A stretch of 64,000 bases of DNA. Origin: an uncultured Verrucomicrobiae bacterium (GTDB lineage Bacteria; Verrucomicrobiota; Verrucomicrobiia; Palsa-1439). The notes beneath the pieces were generated by a model, which was not told the DNA's origin, did not search any database, and saw only the letters and a list, made by a program, of their open reading frames with translations. The stretch covers positions 1 to 64,000 of the forward strand of contig CAWEWF010000010.1 of assembly GCA_963812605.1 (NCBI GenBank), given 5' to 3'. This document shows positions 43,145 to 54,807 of the stretch, piece by piece (position 1 is the first letter of the stretch; each line of letters begins with the position of its first letter). The position numbers were made by a program, and so were the translations under genes.

Positions 43145-44689
43145 CTAACCGTCGGTTCCCATTCGAGTAGCATCGACGAACTGTTCGGTGTTGTCGTCGA
43201 TCGCGCGGCCGTGACGGCCCAGCGACTGGTGGATGTAGAGTCGTTGCGGCGTTGGCTTGGCGGTTGGCGCAGGAGGTAATCCAATTTCATATCGGACTGG
43301 TAGCTGATGATCGGCCATTTGCAAACGCGAGTCGTACACGCTGTTGAACTTCCACAAAGACTTGAAAAAGTTGGTTTGGCCGCGCATCAGGTGACGCGCC
43401 ACAATTCCCGCCACCGATTTCAAGGAAGCCAATCCGAGATGTTTCTTATTGAGCACCTGCTGGGTCTTGACGAGCTCCGCGTAGAATTTCTCCAGCGGCA
43501 GACGGGTGGGGAGAACCGCGTGCTGAATATCAAAGAGTCGATAATCGCGCGTGGTCAATCGCCGCGATTCCGTATGCCAGGTTTCCGTGCCCGGATAGGG
43601 AGTATTCACGCTGATGTTCACAATTTCCGGGACTTCCAGACACCATTGGCGAAGAACCGCGAAGCGGTGCTCATCCCAGTCAGGATCGGCGATGATGTTG
43701 ATGGCCACCATCAACCCCAGGGATCGCGCGTATTCCAGCGCTTCAAAATTATGGCTGAGGCTCACCCGTTTGCGATATTTCTTAAGCCCTTCCGCATCAA
43801 TGGCCTCCAGGCCGAGGAACATATATTCCAGCCCAATGCTTTTCCAGAACTTGAAAACTTCCTTGTTGCGCAAGAGGACATCGCCGCGGGTTTCCAGGTA
43901 GTAGCGTTTACGAATTCCCTGGCGGGCGATGGCTTCGCCGATTTCCATTCCATGTTCGGAGTGAATAAAAGCGACATCATCGACGATGAAGACCCCCGGC
44001 TCCTTGACGCGCGCGAGATCTTCGACCGCGCGGGCCGGGCTAATGGTGCGGTAATTGCGGCCGTAGAACGTCCACGCGCTGCAAAAAGCGCAATCCCACG
44101 GACAGCCGCGCGAGAACTCAATGGAGGCGCAGGGATCGAGTATTCCCAGGGAAATACTTTCGGCGATGCGGAAGAAGATCTCGCGCCGGCAGTACGTTAT
44201 CGAGATCTTTTACGAATTGTGGCGGCGGTCCGCATCCCTCCCGGGTAACAACGCCAGGAATTTGAGAAATGGAATGGCGATCCTGTTCGATCGCTTCCAA
44301 CAAAGCGGGGATTACCGCCTCGCCTTCACCTTTGACGACACAATCAATCGCGCCATCACCGTGCTCGAGGAATTCTTTCGCGATAAAGGACGCGCTGTGC
44401 CCTCCCACGAGGACGAAACTATTCGGCAGCCGGAGCGCGGCGAGTTTACATAAATCAACGATCTCCGGTACATTGGCGAGGTAGTTGCAAGAGAACGCAA
44501 TCACATCCGGTCGCCATTGATCGAGGAGAGTGCCATACTCTTTGTGGGTTGCGACCTGTAAATCCAGCAAACGAACTTCGTGTCCGGACCGGCGGCAACT
44601 TCCCCGATCAATTCCAGTCCCAATGGTTCCAAACGAAGGAAAACCCTGGTGTACATCAGGGCGCTGGGATGGATAACGAGGAATTTCAT
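43145..44689 (-). CDS. hpnR: Hopanoid C-3 methylase (B12-binding radical SAM), frameshifted
   Basis: MYTRVFLRLEPLGLE, SCNYLANVPEI, RGCPWDCAFC (CxxxCxxC), TPYPGTETW, YRLFDIQHAVLPT. Confidence 0.85.
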
Positions 44690-44707
44690 GAGGTTTCTGG
44701 CAGCAAT

Positions 44708-45724
44708 TCAAGATGCCGTGACACGGGATTTTGTCAGCAAAAGATTTGGATTCGGCAGCGACGATTTTTGGAACCACTGGATGGAATCAAGGGCAATCGC
44801 TTCCAAGGGTGTGCGTGCGCTCCACCCCAATTCCCGCGCCGCTTTCGAAAAATCAAACCACTGTCGTCGTCGCGCATGCGCCGCTGTTTCCCGACAAATC
44901 CACTCGCTGCCGATCACCTCGCCCACCCGCGGCGAGTGTGATGATGGACTGTGGCAGGGGGAAGCGTGGGGCCGGGCGTTGGGTCAAGCGTGCCAATAAC
45001 TGAAGAAATTCATCGAGCCGCACATTGTGATGACCGAGTAAATAGCGCTCAGCCGTTCGACCGCGTTCCGCAACCGCCACGATCCCATCCGCCAAATCCG
45101 GCACATGAATAAAATTCAACCCCACGCGAGCACCGAAAGGGAACCGGTTCCGCAAGTAATCCTGTACGATTCGCCCCGTCGGTGTCGGCCCCTCATCTCC
45201 CGCACCCAGCGGGCTGGTTGGCTGGCAATGGTCAGCGGCAACCCGCGGCGCGCGGCTTCCAACGCAAGCAGCTCGGCGCGCCACTTGGAATGCCGTTACG
45301 ACTCTCGTGCGTCGACATTCGCCGGAAAATCGCCCTCGGTTAGTAGTTCGCAATTGCCTTCCAGCACACCGCAGGAACTTACGTGCACGAACTGCTGAAT
45401 GCCATTTCTCTCAGCAGCCTCCAGCAGGTATTTCGTGCCGGAAACGTTTGTTTCCTCGTTCACCCGTCGCGTCTTGCGCCCAAACTGAAATGTTGCGCCC
45501 AGATGAATTACCCTGTCACAGCCTGTCATCGCCCTTGCGACACTGCTGGAGTCGCAGAGATCTCCGCGCGCAATGATTACTTGATCTCCAAATAGCCGTC
45601 GGGCCTTCTCGGGCGCGCGGCAGAATACGCGCACCCGCGCGTCCAGGGAGAGTAACCGACGCACCACGTGGCGGCCGATAAAACCGGTAGCGCCTGTGAC
45701 TAGGAATTGGCCTGATGTGGACAT
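44708..45724 (-). CDS. NAD-dependent epimerase/dehydratase, HpnA-like (frameshifted)
   Basis: LVTGATGFIG, HVSS, GAGDEGPTPTG, FSKAARELGW; directly upstream of hpnR. Confidence 0.78.
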
Positions 45725-46117
45725 TGCCGAAGTTGTTCTCCCACCATGCTCTCAGTTTCACAAAGAATAGGGGCTCCTGGAAATAAGAACAACTGGAAGA
45801 ACTCCGAAATTTATCTCGGAAACTCGCCTAGATGCCCAAGTCGGAGTCAAAGATGGAAGAGACCACCTGCCAAAGCCTGCATCCGGGTTGATAAACTCTG
45901 CCCTCGAGTGTTACCTGTATTTCACAGGCCACCGCCCCTGATGAAACCATGTTTTCAAGGAACTGGCTACCGGTCCCCCGTCACCCGATTCAGCAAAAGT
46001 CGCAGTTCTGTTTGTAGTATTTCCCTAGGTGGCGATGGGGCAGGTGTCCGATTGTCTGAAAGCGCGTCGTTTCATATCTTGAAAGAGGAAGAAGCATTCG
46101 AACAGATTGGCGCGCCA

Positions 46118-47028
46118 GTGAACAAACCAAAACCGAAGGCGATATATCATTTGATGGAGGAGACTGCAATTGCCTGCTTTAAGAATGGCGTGCCGCGTCT
46201 GGGCGCTTCCCTGTCCTATTACACCCTCTTTGCCATCGCTCCTCTCTTCGTAATCGCCCTGGCGGTTGCCGCTTTCGCTTTTGGGCAGGAGGCAGCGCGC
46301 CACGAATTGTTCGGACAGTTGTCTGCGTTGGTTGGGAAGGAAGGGGGACAAGCCCTCGAAGCGGTCATTGCGGCCGCCAATAAGCCAAAGGCCGTGCACT
46401 GGCCACAACCGTGGCGGTTGTCATGTTATTCATCGGCGCCACGGGCGTATTTGTTGAATTGCAACAAGCCCTCAATATCATTTGGAATGTCACGCGAAGG
46501 CCGCAGCATGGTCTCAGGCGCTTGATCAAAGACCGAATGCTCTCCTTTTCTCTGGTGCTCGGGATTGGCTTTTTGCTTTTGGTGTCCCTCGTTGTGAGCG
46601 CGATGCTCGCTGCGCTGGGCGGGCTGCTCAATGGCATGATCCCCGGTGAAGTCCTGATTCTAGGGGCAATTAACTTTTTCATCTCACTCGGCGTCATCAC
46701 CATCCTGTTCGCGATGATCTTTAAGGCCCTCCCGGATGTGTCGATTGCCTGGAGGGACGTTTCCGTGGGCGCATTCCTCACGGCCGTACTCTTCAATGTT
46801 GGAAAGTTTCTGTTTGGCTTCTACCTGGGAAGAAGCGGAGTGGCTTCGGCGTATGGGGCGGCCGGGGCATTGGTCATTGTTTTGTTATGGGTCTACTACT
46901 CCACGCAAATCCTGCTCTTTGGCGCCCAGTTCACCCGTATTTATGCAAACCGGTACGGTTTACACGCCAGGCCAGCGTCCGGCGCGAAACCAATCTCCCA
47001 TTCGCGAGCAACGCAATCGATTCCCTGA
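46118..47028 (+). CDS. YihY/BrkB family membrane protein (frameshift near 46400)
   Basis: LGASLSYYTLFAIAP, ELQQALNIIW, SAYGAAGALVIVLLWVYYS. Confidence 0.88.
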
Positions 47029-47034
47029 ACCGTC

Positions 47035-47853
47035 ATGGACACAAACACAACCCAGCAAATCGCGTTTGGCTTGGAGGGGCCTCCCTGGTTGCGGTGGGAG
47101 TTCCTGGGCAACCAGGTGTGGCAATACTTGGTCTTTTTTGGATATGTGGTCGCGGCGGTCGTTCTGTCCAAATTAGTGGACATCCTTTTACGCCGCGCTT
47201 TCAAGACCTCTGGTCAACCTGTCAAGACCGGGATTACTGAAAGACTTTTGCGGGTACTCCGCATTCCCCTTAAGATTACGGTGTTTATCTTTCTGCTGCA
47301 TTTGGGCGTGCGACCCATGAACAAACCGACTTGGCTGCAAGAATATCTGGACCACGGGTTCGGCATTTTGATTGCGATTGCCATCACGTATGCGGCCGTT
47401 AAATCCGTCGATTTCGGCTTTGAAATGGCCCGAGAACATCTGCGGACCCGTGCGCGCCGCACTCAGGACCCGATTCTGCTTCTATTGGAGAGAGCGGCGA
47501 GAATTTTCGTCATCGGCGTGGCGATTCTCGTCACAGCGGACAACAATGGAATCAAAGTTGGCGGTGTGCTTGCCAGTGTCGGACTTACAGGCCTGGCGGT
47601 GGCCCTGGCTGCCCAGGAAACACTTTCCAATTTTCTCGGTTCCATTGTCATTCTTACCGACAGCCCATTTTTTGTTGGCGACCGGGTTAAAATCGACACC
47701 TTCGAGGGGACCGTCGAGCATATTGGAATTCGCAGTACGCGACTCCAGACTGCCGATGGAAATATCGTCACGATACCCAACCGCACGGTCGCGGGCACTG
47801 CCGTGATAAACTATTCAAAAACCGCGCAGCAATTAACTTCGCAGGGACAATGA
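47035..47853 (+). CDS. Small-conductance mechanosensitive channel family protein
   Basis: GLAVALAAQETLSNF, PFFVGDRV, GTVEHIGIRST, TIPN. Confidence 0.9.
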   Translation: MDTNTTQQIAFGLEGPPWLRWEFLGNQVWQYLVFFGYVVAAVVLSKLVDILLRRAFKTSGQPVKTGITERLLRVLRIPLKITVFIFLLHLGVRPMNKPTWLQEYLDHGFGILIAIAITYAAVKSVDFGFEMAREHLRTRARRTQDPILLLLERAARIFVIGVAILVTADNNGIKVGGVLASVGLTGLAVALAAQETLSNFLGSIVILTDSPFFVGDRVKIDTFEGTVEHIGIRSTRLQTADGNIVTIPNRTVAGTAVINYSKTAQQLTSQGQ

Positions 47854-47992
47854 AAAGCCGAACGGTCAAATCGGCGATCCTGAAAATCATTTGGCTGTTA
47901 GGAAGGCGCCCTATGCAAGAATTCGCCTTTGTCCAATTGTCGACGACCCAATAATAATCCATAATCCGCCGCATTGCAGCCAAGGAGAATTT

Positions 47993-48432
47993 ATGATGGC
48001 AACAGGTGGCGATACAGAGTTGGCGGTTCGGGTAGCAAACCGACCCGGTGCTGAAGGTCGAATTTTGTCCATGATGGCGGACAACAGTGTCAATGTTCTG
48101 GCGCTGTGTTCCTACAGCGCCGGAGATCAATTGGTGGTCTTGCTCGTCCCGGACAAACCGCGGCTGGCCAAGCAGGCGCTGATTAGCACCGGGTTTGATT
48201 GCCGGCTTAATTCCATCGTGACCGCGAAGGTGCAGAACCGGATCGGGGCCCTGGCGGACTCGGAGCGCAATTGAAGGCGGCTGGTATTGAAATCCTTTAC
48301 TCGTATGCCTCGTACAACGAAACCGGGGAAATTTTTGTGGTGTTCAAAACCAGTGACGACGTTCTGGCGCATCAGACCTTGGAGGAAACCCGCGAGGGCC
48401 CCGCGAGGGCGCGCATGCAGGATGCCGCTTAA
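47993..48432 (+). CDS. Tandem ACT-domain protein (frameshift near 48260)
   Basis: VANRPG..., VQNRIGALA..., AGIEILYSYAS. Confidence 0.65.
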
Positions 48433-48569
48433 ACCGATTCGCCGGTGTTCGCAGGAACCCTCACTAGGAAAAAGCCTCAAGACACCTGCGGTCTTTACCT
48501 AACAGACAGTCAGCACACCAACCGATTGCGTAATCGTTGAAATGAGAAGAGCATTATCACCAACAGCCC

Positions 48570-49484
48570 ATGAAGATGACCGGCCTACGGGACGATGTAT
48601 TCGTCGCGGTGCGAGTGCGGCGGGCGCGGCTTGTTGTTCTCAGCTTTCCATTGCTACTATTGGCCTTTGAAGCGGCGGCCCAGTCGCCGGCGACGGATCT
48701 GTCTGTGGATGAGTTGGTAAAGCGGACGGCCGCCCACGAGCTGGATGCATCAGTGTTCCCGGGTTACTATCAATATAGTCTTGAAGAGCGCACCGCGCGC
48801 GGTCCTGAAACCCACGAAGTCATTGAAACCCGAAGCTGGACGATTGAACGCCTGGTTCTTAAGAATGGGCGACCTCTCGCAAGGGTGGAGCAGGAGCGAG
48901 AGGAACGGCGTTTGCGGAATCTTTTAACGAGTCCGGCGCGGCTTCAAGCATTTCAACGGGAACAATTGTCGCGTAAGGAACGCCTGCGAGCGTTCATCGC
49001 GGCGTTTCCGCAAGCATTTTCCTGCCAGTATGATGACGCGGCGCAGGAAAATCCGCCCCAGGGATTCGTTCGGTTGCGGTTTCATCCCAATCCCCGGTTC
49101 ATTTGCCGCTCATGGGAGTTGCGACCGTTACAGGGAATGGAAGGCACTTTGTTAATCGAGCCCACGGCTGCGCGTTTGGCGTGGATGGATGCCAGGTTCT
49201 TCCGGGACGTGGATTTCGGCGGAGGACTTCTGGGTCGGATTGACCGCGGAGGGACGTTCCAATTTGAACAACAACCTTTGGGAGACAATCATTGGGCGAT
49301 CACAACCCTGGCGATGCATTTCAACAAGCGGGTGTTCCTGGCCAATATTCGCGTGGATTCGGTTACAAAAACGAGTGCCTTCCGCTGCGTACCCAAAGAC
49401 ATGAGTTTACAACAGGGGGTGCAACGATTGCTGGAGCAAACTCAACCAACAGTTGCCTTGCGGGAGTCAAAACAGCCCCGATAG
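48570..49484 (+). CDS. Secreted hypothetical protein
   Basis: Signal-like N-terminus; 304-aa ORF containing DVDFGGGLLGRIDRGG. Confidence 0.65.
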   Translation: MKMTGLRDDVFVAVRVRRARLVVLSFPLLLLAFEAAAQSPATDLSVDELVKRTAAHELDASVFPGYYQYSLEERTARGPETHEVIETRSWTIERLVLKNGRPLARVEQEREERRLRNLLTSPARLQAFQREQLSRKERLRAFIAAFPQAFSCQYDDAAQENPPQGFVRLRFHPNPRFICRSWELRPLQGMEGTLLIEPTAARLAWMDARFFRDVDFGGGLLGRIDRGGTFQFEQQPLGDNHWAITTLAMHFNKRVFLANIRVDSVTKTSAFRCVPKDMSLQQGVQRLLEQTQPTVALRESKQPR

Positions 49485-49515
49485 GTTTTTTCCACGCGAC
49501 CGCTTTCGAAGAGTT

Positions 49516-50574
49516 TCAACCGCGGCGATCCACTTCAACCGGGGGCTTTGCGGAAGTTTCCCTGACTGTCAGATGCGACGGAAGCAGCACATCCATGAGG
49601 CTTTCGTCCTCTGAATCGGCGCGCTTCAGCAACAGTTCCGCGGCGGTCACTCCGATTTTTTCCGGGTCGGCATGCGCGCCCGTAATTTGGGGATGTTCCT
49701 CCACGCAAACACGCGTGGCATCCACGGCGACCACGCTGATTTCTTCCGGCACATGCCATCCGTTTTGCATCAGGCAATTAATCACCCCGCGGGCCATCAA
49801 ACCGTTGGCGCAGATCCAGGCGGTGGGAAAATTCTTGCGGGAGATTTGTTCCAGCATGATTTCCCCGGCTTTCCATCCACCGAGGCGGTCGCCAAGCTCG
49901 ACGTTCATCGTGAATTTGTCAGCCAGTTTCAAGTCGTGCTGACCCAGGGCCTCAATCAATCCGGCGCGGCGGCGAATATTATAATGAAGCCCCTTGTCGC
50001 CGGCGACCCAGGCAAACTGGCGGTGTCCCAGTTCCGCCAGATGAGCCACCAAAAGACTTAACGCCTGCTTTTCGTTGGGCATCACCGAATGGCAGATTCC
50101 AGGGTAGCTCACGGATATGGCCACGAGATTCGGCTGCACCGCTTTGATGGCTTTCAGGAATTTCTCGTCCACCTGCCCGAGAATTGCCAGGCCAAAGACC
50201 TGGTTTTGCCGGAGCTTTTGTTGCACGGTGCGAACGCCAAGATCATCTTCCGATCCCAAAAATACCGAGTGGTAACCATGCGCCAGCAGGCCTGCATGCA
50301 GTCCATGTTGGACATGGCTGAAGAAATTGCTCTGGGTATGCAGCCGCAGCCCGCTGCGCAATATGAACCCCACGTTTGTAACCAGGGCGCCGTTGCCGTT
50401 CAACTGCATGCCCTTGGGCCGGTATCCGATCTTGAGCGCGTGGTCCCAAATCCGCTGGTAGGAATCCGGGTTGATGTTTTCCCGCTTCCCGTTCAGAACC
50501 ATGGAAACCAATGCCTGGGAAACATTCAGGTCATGGGCGATGCGCTGTTGCGAAACAGTCTCCTTTTTCTTCAC
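49516..50574 (-). CDS. LacI family transcriptional regulator
   Basis: SQQRIAHDLNVSQALVSMVLNG HTH; PTAWICAN; VPEEISVV. Confidence 0.9.
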   Translation of the reverse strand: MKKKETVSQQRIAHDLNVSQALVSMVLNGKRENINPDSYQRIWDHALKIGYRPKGMQLNGNGALVTNVGFILRSGLRLHTQSNFFSHVQHGLHAGLLAHGYHSVFLGSEDDLGVRTVQQKLRQNQVFGLAILGQVDEKFLKAIKAVQPNLVAISVSYPGICHSVMPNEKQALSLLVAHLAELGHRQFAWVAGDKGLHYNIRRRAGLIEALGQHDLKLADKFTMNVELGDRLGGWKAGEIMLEQISRKNFPTAWICANGLMARGVINCLMQNGWHVPEEISVVAVDATRVCVEEHPQITGAHADPEKIGVTAAELLLKRADSEDESLMDVLLPSHLTVRETSAKPPVEVDRRG

Positions 50575-50648
50575 GGCAAGGAATTTAGTCCAATAACAGG
50601 GCGGTTGAAAGGAGAAAGTGCCGACGGCTGCGCCAGTTTATAATCTTT

Positions 50649-50683
50649 CCACTTGCAAGTGGGCCGAATACTTGATAAGTATT
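50649..50683. promoter_or_regulatory. Two palindromes in the divergent promoter
   Basis: CCACTTGCAAGTGG (50649-50662) and AATACTT-GAT-AAGTATT (50667-50683). Confidence 0.5.
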
Positions 50684-50685
50684 AA

Positions 50686-51702
50686 ATGATGTCGAACCAT
50701 CGCGCCATTGTTGCCTTGAGTGACCTTGAGGCCGCCGATTTTCTTCCCGGTCCGCTCTGGGAGGAATTGGAAGAACTCCTGCCCGGATACCGCCGTATCC
50801 GCCTCCCGTTGACCGGCGCGGACGATTGGGAGCGACTCTGGCGCGGGTCTCCGGCGGACATTCTCATTTCCGCGTGGCAAACGCCCTCCCTTAACTCCAC
50901 TTTGCAGCCGGCGGATTTAAAGCCGTTACAGTACGTTTGCCACCTGGCGGGCACCATTCGCAAACTTATCCCCCGGGAGTTGATCGAGCAGGGGCTGGTG
51001 GTCACGAATTGGGGAGGTTCAATCAGCGCGACCGTTGCCGAATGCACGCTGATGCTGATCTTGATGGCTTTGCGGCGCGCCTCGTACTGGGCTGTGGCCA
51101 TGCATCGGGACGGGGCCTGGAAAGACGGGAACACCTACACCCAAAGTTTGCTGGGCCGGCGCATAGGAATTCATGGCTTCGGCTCGATTAGCCAGTGCCT
51201 GGTCCCGATGCTGCGGCCGTTTACCTCGCAAATTCAGGCCTTTTCACCGAGTATGCCGGACGAGATTTTCTCCAGCCATGGCGTGAAACGTCTGGCGTCG
51301 CTGGAGGAGTTGTTTGCCGAATCGGACGTGGTGGTGGAGTTGGCCGCGGCAACGCCGGAGAATTATCATATCGTGACGGAAAGTCATCTGCGCATGATTC
51401 CCGAAGGCGGCGCGTTTGTAAACGTGGCGCGCGGTTGTGTGGTGGATGGCGACGGACTGCTCCGTGTCGCACGCGAAGGTCGGCTGCAAATTGCGCTCGA
51501 TGTTTTCGAAGAAGAACCGTTGCCGGTCAATTCACCCTTGCGCGGATTGCCGAACGTCACGCTCCTGCCCCACCTCGGCGGGCCCACGCGCGACCGGCGT
51601 CGCGATGCCGGGGCGTTCGCATTGAAGAATCTTCGGGCCTTTTTGCGCGGGGACCCACTGGACGCCGTTGTGACCTTGGAGGTTTATGACCGATCCAGTT
51701 AG
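50686..51702 (+). CDS. D-isomer specific 2-hydroxyacid dehydrogenase family protein
   Basis: IGIHGFGSI, FVNVARG, ALDVFEEEP, LLPHLGG. Confidence 0.9.
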   Translation: MMSNHRAIVALSDLEAADFLPGPLWEELEELLPGYRRIRLPLTGADDWERLWRGSPADILISAWQTPSLNSTLQPADLKPLQYVCHLAGTIRKLIPRELIEQGLVVTNWGGSISATVAECTLMLILMALRRASYWAVAMHRDGAWKDGNTYTQSLLGRRIGIHGFGSISQCLVPMLRPFTSQIQAFSPSMPDEIFSSHGVKRLASLEELFAESDVVVELAAATPENYHIVTESHLRMIPEGGAFVNVARGCVVDGDGLLRVAREGRLQIALDVFEEEPLPVNSPLRGLPNVTLLPHLGGPTRDRRRDAGAFALKNLRAFLRGDPLDAVVTLEVYDRSS

Positions 51703-52570
51703 CGCCAGCGGCCTTTCGTGGGGCGCGTCGACCCTCGGTTGCGCGGAGTTCTCCCTTCCGGAAGTCTGCGAACTTCTCAGTGAGTTTGATCTTCACGAGC
51801 TGGAGGTTCGCGCTCTGGACGGGCGTGTGGATTTGCCGCAATGGGCGGTGGATGCGGGCTGGCCGCACCAGCGGGCAACCGCATTGCTGGCGAAGCATCA
51901 AATCCGACTCCGTGTCGCGGGCTCTTCCTTCAAACTCGTCGACAACGATGGGAAGTCCCGGGCCGAGATGTTGGCGTTCTGCCAGTGGGCCGATTCCTGG
52001 GGCGCGCCGTACGTCCGCGCTTTTGGCGGCGGCACCTGGGGGCAGCCGCTAAACGAAGCGGATTACGAGCGAGCGGCCCGGACGGTTGCGTGGTGGCAAC
52101 AGGAAAAAAAACTGCGCGGCTGGCGGGTTGAACTGTTGCTCGAAACGCACGACGGATTCTCCGCGTCAGCCCCCTGTCGCAAGCTGCTCACCCGATTGCA
52201 TGAACCGATCGGCATCATCTGGGATTCACATCACACCTGGCGGCTCGGCGGCGAAGCGCCGCGCGAATCGTGGTCGCAACTCTCCCCGTGGATTCGTCAC
52301 GTTCACATCAAGGACAGCATTGCCAAAGCCTCAGCGCGGCATCCGTACACGTACGTTCTACCCGGTGAGGGCGAAATGCCACTGGGACAAATCGTCGATC
52401 TGCTTACCGAGCACCGATTCGCGGGAGCCGTTTCGCTGGAATGGGAGCGTCTCTGGCATCCGTATCTGCCGCCGTTGCGCGAGGCGTTGACGCGATTGGA
52501 AGCCCAGCCGTGGTTTGTGACCTCTGTGAAAGCTGTCAATGAACACCAATCTCCTGTCATCGCCCGTTAA
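51686..52570 (+). CDS. Sugar phosphate isomerase/epimerase (TIM barrel)
   Basis: LLETHD, IWDSHH, HVHIKD, SLEWE metal motifs. Confidence 0.87.
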   Translation: MTDPVSASGLSWGASTLGCAEFSLPEVCELLSEFDLHELEVRALDGRVDLPQWAVDAGWPHQRATALLAKHQIRLRVAGSSFKLVDNDGKSRAEMLAFCQWADSWGAPYVRAFGGGTWGQPLNEADYERAARTVAWWQQEKKLRGWRVELLLETHDGFSASAPCRKLLTRLHEPIGIIWDSHHTWRLGGEAPRESWSQLSPWIRHVHIKDSIAKASARHPYTYVLPGEGEMPLGQIVDLLTEHRFAGAVSLEWERLWHPYLPPLREALTRLEAQPWFVTSVKAVNEHQSPVIAR

Positions 52571-54478
52571 TTCTCCCGCAACAATTCCGTATGTTCCCGT
52601 AAATACGCCAACGGTGGGCACTTACGAATGGTGGCGTTCCGCTGCCGAAGATCTTCTTGTTCCGCTGGTTGCGCTGATGAAACCCGGCAAGGCGGATTTG
52701 CCATTACGCGGGCAAGCCAGCAATCATGGCGCGCAAGCCGACCGCCTCGAGTCCTTTGCCCGCCCGTGCCTGTTGGCAGCCCATTGGTTGGTGAGCGAAC
52801 CGGGCGCGGCCGAGAAACTTTCCCGCAATGAGGTTGCAACATGGTTCCAGCGCGGATTGGTGATGGGCACCGACCCTTCCGGTCCGGATCCTGGGGGCCA
52901 ACGGCCAATCACCACCAGCACACCGTCGAAATGGCGGCGCTGACCCTGGCACTGCAAATTGCCCGCCCGTTCCTGTGGGAGCCGTTGTCGAACCGGAGCG
53001 CGAGCAGGTGGCGCGGTGGTTCGCCAGCATTCGCGGTGCGGGGTTGCATCGCAACAACCACATGTTTTTCAGCGTGATGACACTCGCCTTCCTGAATCAG
53101 GAGGGCTTTGCCCGGAGTAGCGACGCGCCCGTGATCCGCCATTTGCTGGACGTGCTCGAAAGTATGGCGCTGGGCGGCGGATGGTTCATCGACGGGATGA
53201 ATGAGACGGTGGATTACTACCAAGCCTACGCCTTTCATTATTACGGACAATGGTGGGCCAGACTTTATGGTTATACCGACCCCAAACGCGCCCGCCGTTG
53301 GAAAGATTGGACCCGCCAGTTTCTTAAGGATTACATCCATTTCTTTGCCGCCAGTGGCGAGAATCCTCCGTTCGGACGGTCGCAATGCTACCGGTTTGCT
53401 GCCTCAGCGCCGTTTGGTCTCGCGGAATTTTGCGGCGTGTCGGCGGTGCCGCCAGGGCAGGCCCGGCGAGTCTGCACGCGCAACCTGGATTTCTTTCTCC
53501 GTCGCCACCCGTTGCAGAAGCAAGGGGCGTTGTCTCTCGGCTGGACCGACGAATTTCCGGAAGATCACCGAGGCTTACAGTTGCGCCGCCTCCGCGTATT
53601 GGGCCGCGAAAGGATTTGCCCCGTTGCTGCTGTCATCCAAACACCGTTTTTGGCAGGCGAAGGAAGAACAACTCCCGTCTGAAAAATCTGATTTCCAGGT
53701 AGCCGTGCCGCAAACCGGATTGGTCGTGCGCAGTCATGACGGCGAAATCGAGGTCTTGAACAACGCCAATGGGATCAACGTGGGCAACATGGAGTTCGGC
53801 ACGTGGAAATGGGGCAAATTGAGTTTCCGCTCCGGCATCTGTGGCGAGCTCGCACCGTCCCCCACGCGTTATCCACTGGACGCGGCGCTTACGGCAGAAT
53901 TCGCGAACGGCTCGATTTATGGTCGTCACCAATGTCAGCCCATTGCCGTGACAGCGGATCATTGCGCGTCGGTGTACGGTTTGGGCGACCGGTTGAGCCA
54001 GAACCACGCCAGTGTGGAAACATATGTCTGGTGGAAGGGGGGCTGGCAGTTCCAGTGGCATCGCGTGCTCGCTTATCAACCGGCCATCTTTCGCCTGGGC
54101 ACGTATAGTTTGCCGCTGAAAGATGCCGCGCACCGCGAACTGACGATTCCCGGGGGTTTTGGACGCGCCCATACCGCTGAAGTAGGCGTGGCCATCCAGC
54201 CATTGCTGGGTTTCCCGCACATCAAGGCGCACGAGTCCGATCCGGAACGCCGCACGCACATTCTCGCCTGGCATTCGCTCATTCTGACGGCGGAAACGGA
54301 AAAGATCGACGGCGAGCAGCACTTGATGGCCCTGGTTGCGGTTGGGAGGACCGACAAGGAACGCACCCCTTGGAAGGTCCAGTCCAGTTCCGAGGGGAAA
54401 CTGACGCTGCGCCATCCGGCGCTCGGTGAATGGCATCTGGTACACCCCGAATTACCGCTATTGTCCGCCATAGGTTGA
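52539..54478 (+). CDS. DUF2264 / GH154-like protein (three frameshifts)
   Basis: ADRLESFARP, GTDP, QHTVEMA, NNHMFF, GGGWFIDG, DYYQAYAFH, FGRSQCYRFA, YWAAKGF. Confidence 0.75.
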
Positions 54479-54807
54479 CAATTTATTAGTCCGCTTGATA
54501 ATTATGATTCTCCGATTGGCCGATGGTGGAGGACTTGACACGCGGCAACGGGCCAACCTCTCCACCAAATTGATGAATTACCTCCTGCGGCACGGGAAAC
54601 GCTATGGAGAATTGTTCGCATGGAGAGATTCGAAAAACAGGAAAGAATTCGCTTGCATTTCCCGGCGGGCCCCCGTTAATATTTATAAAGATAGAAGACC
54701 GGGAAGGCTCGTTCTTCACGGCGGGAATCGTAGACGCGCTGGTTGGCAAAGCGCTTGGGAACCCAGGAGCAATACTGATGCTCCTTAAACGGCAAGGGAT
54801 GGATAAC

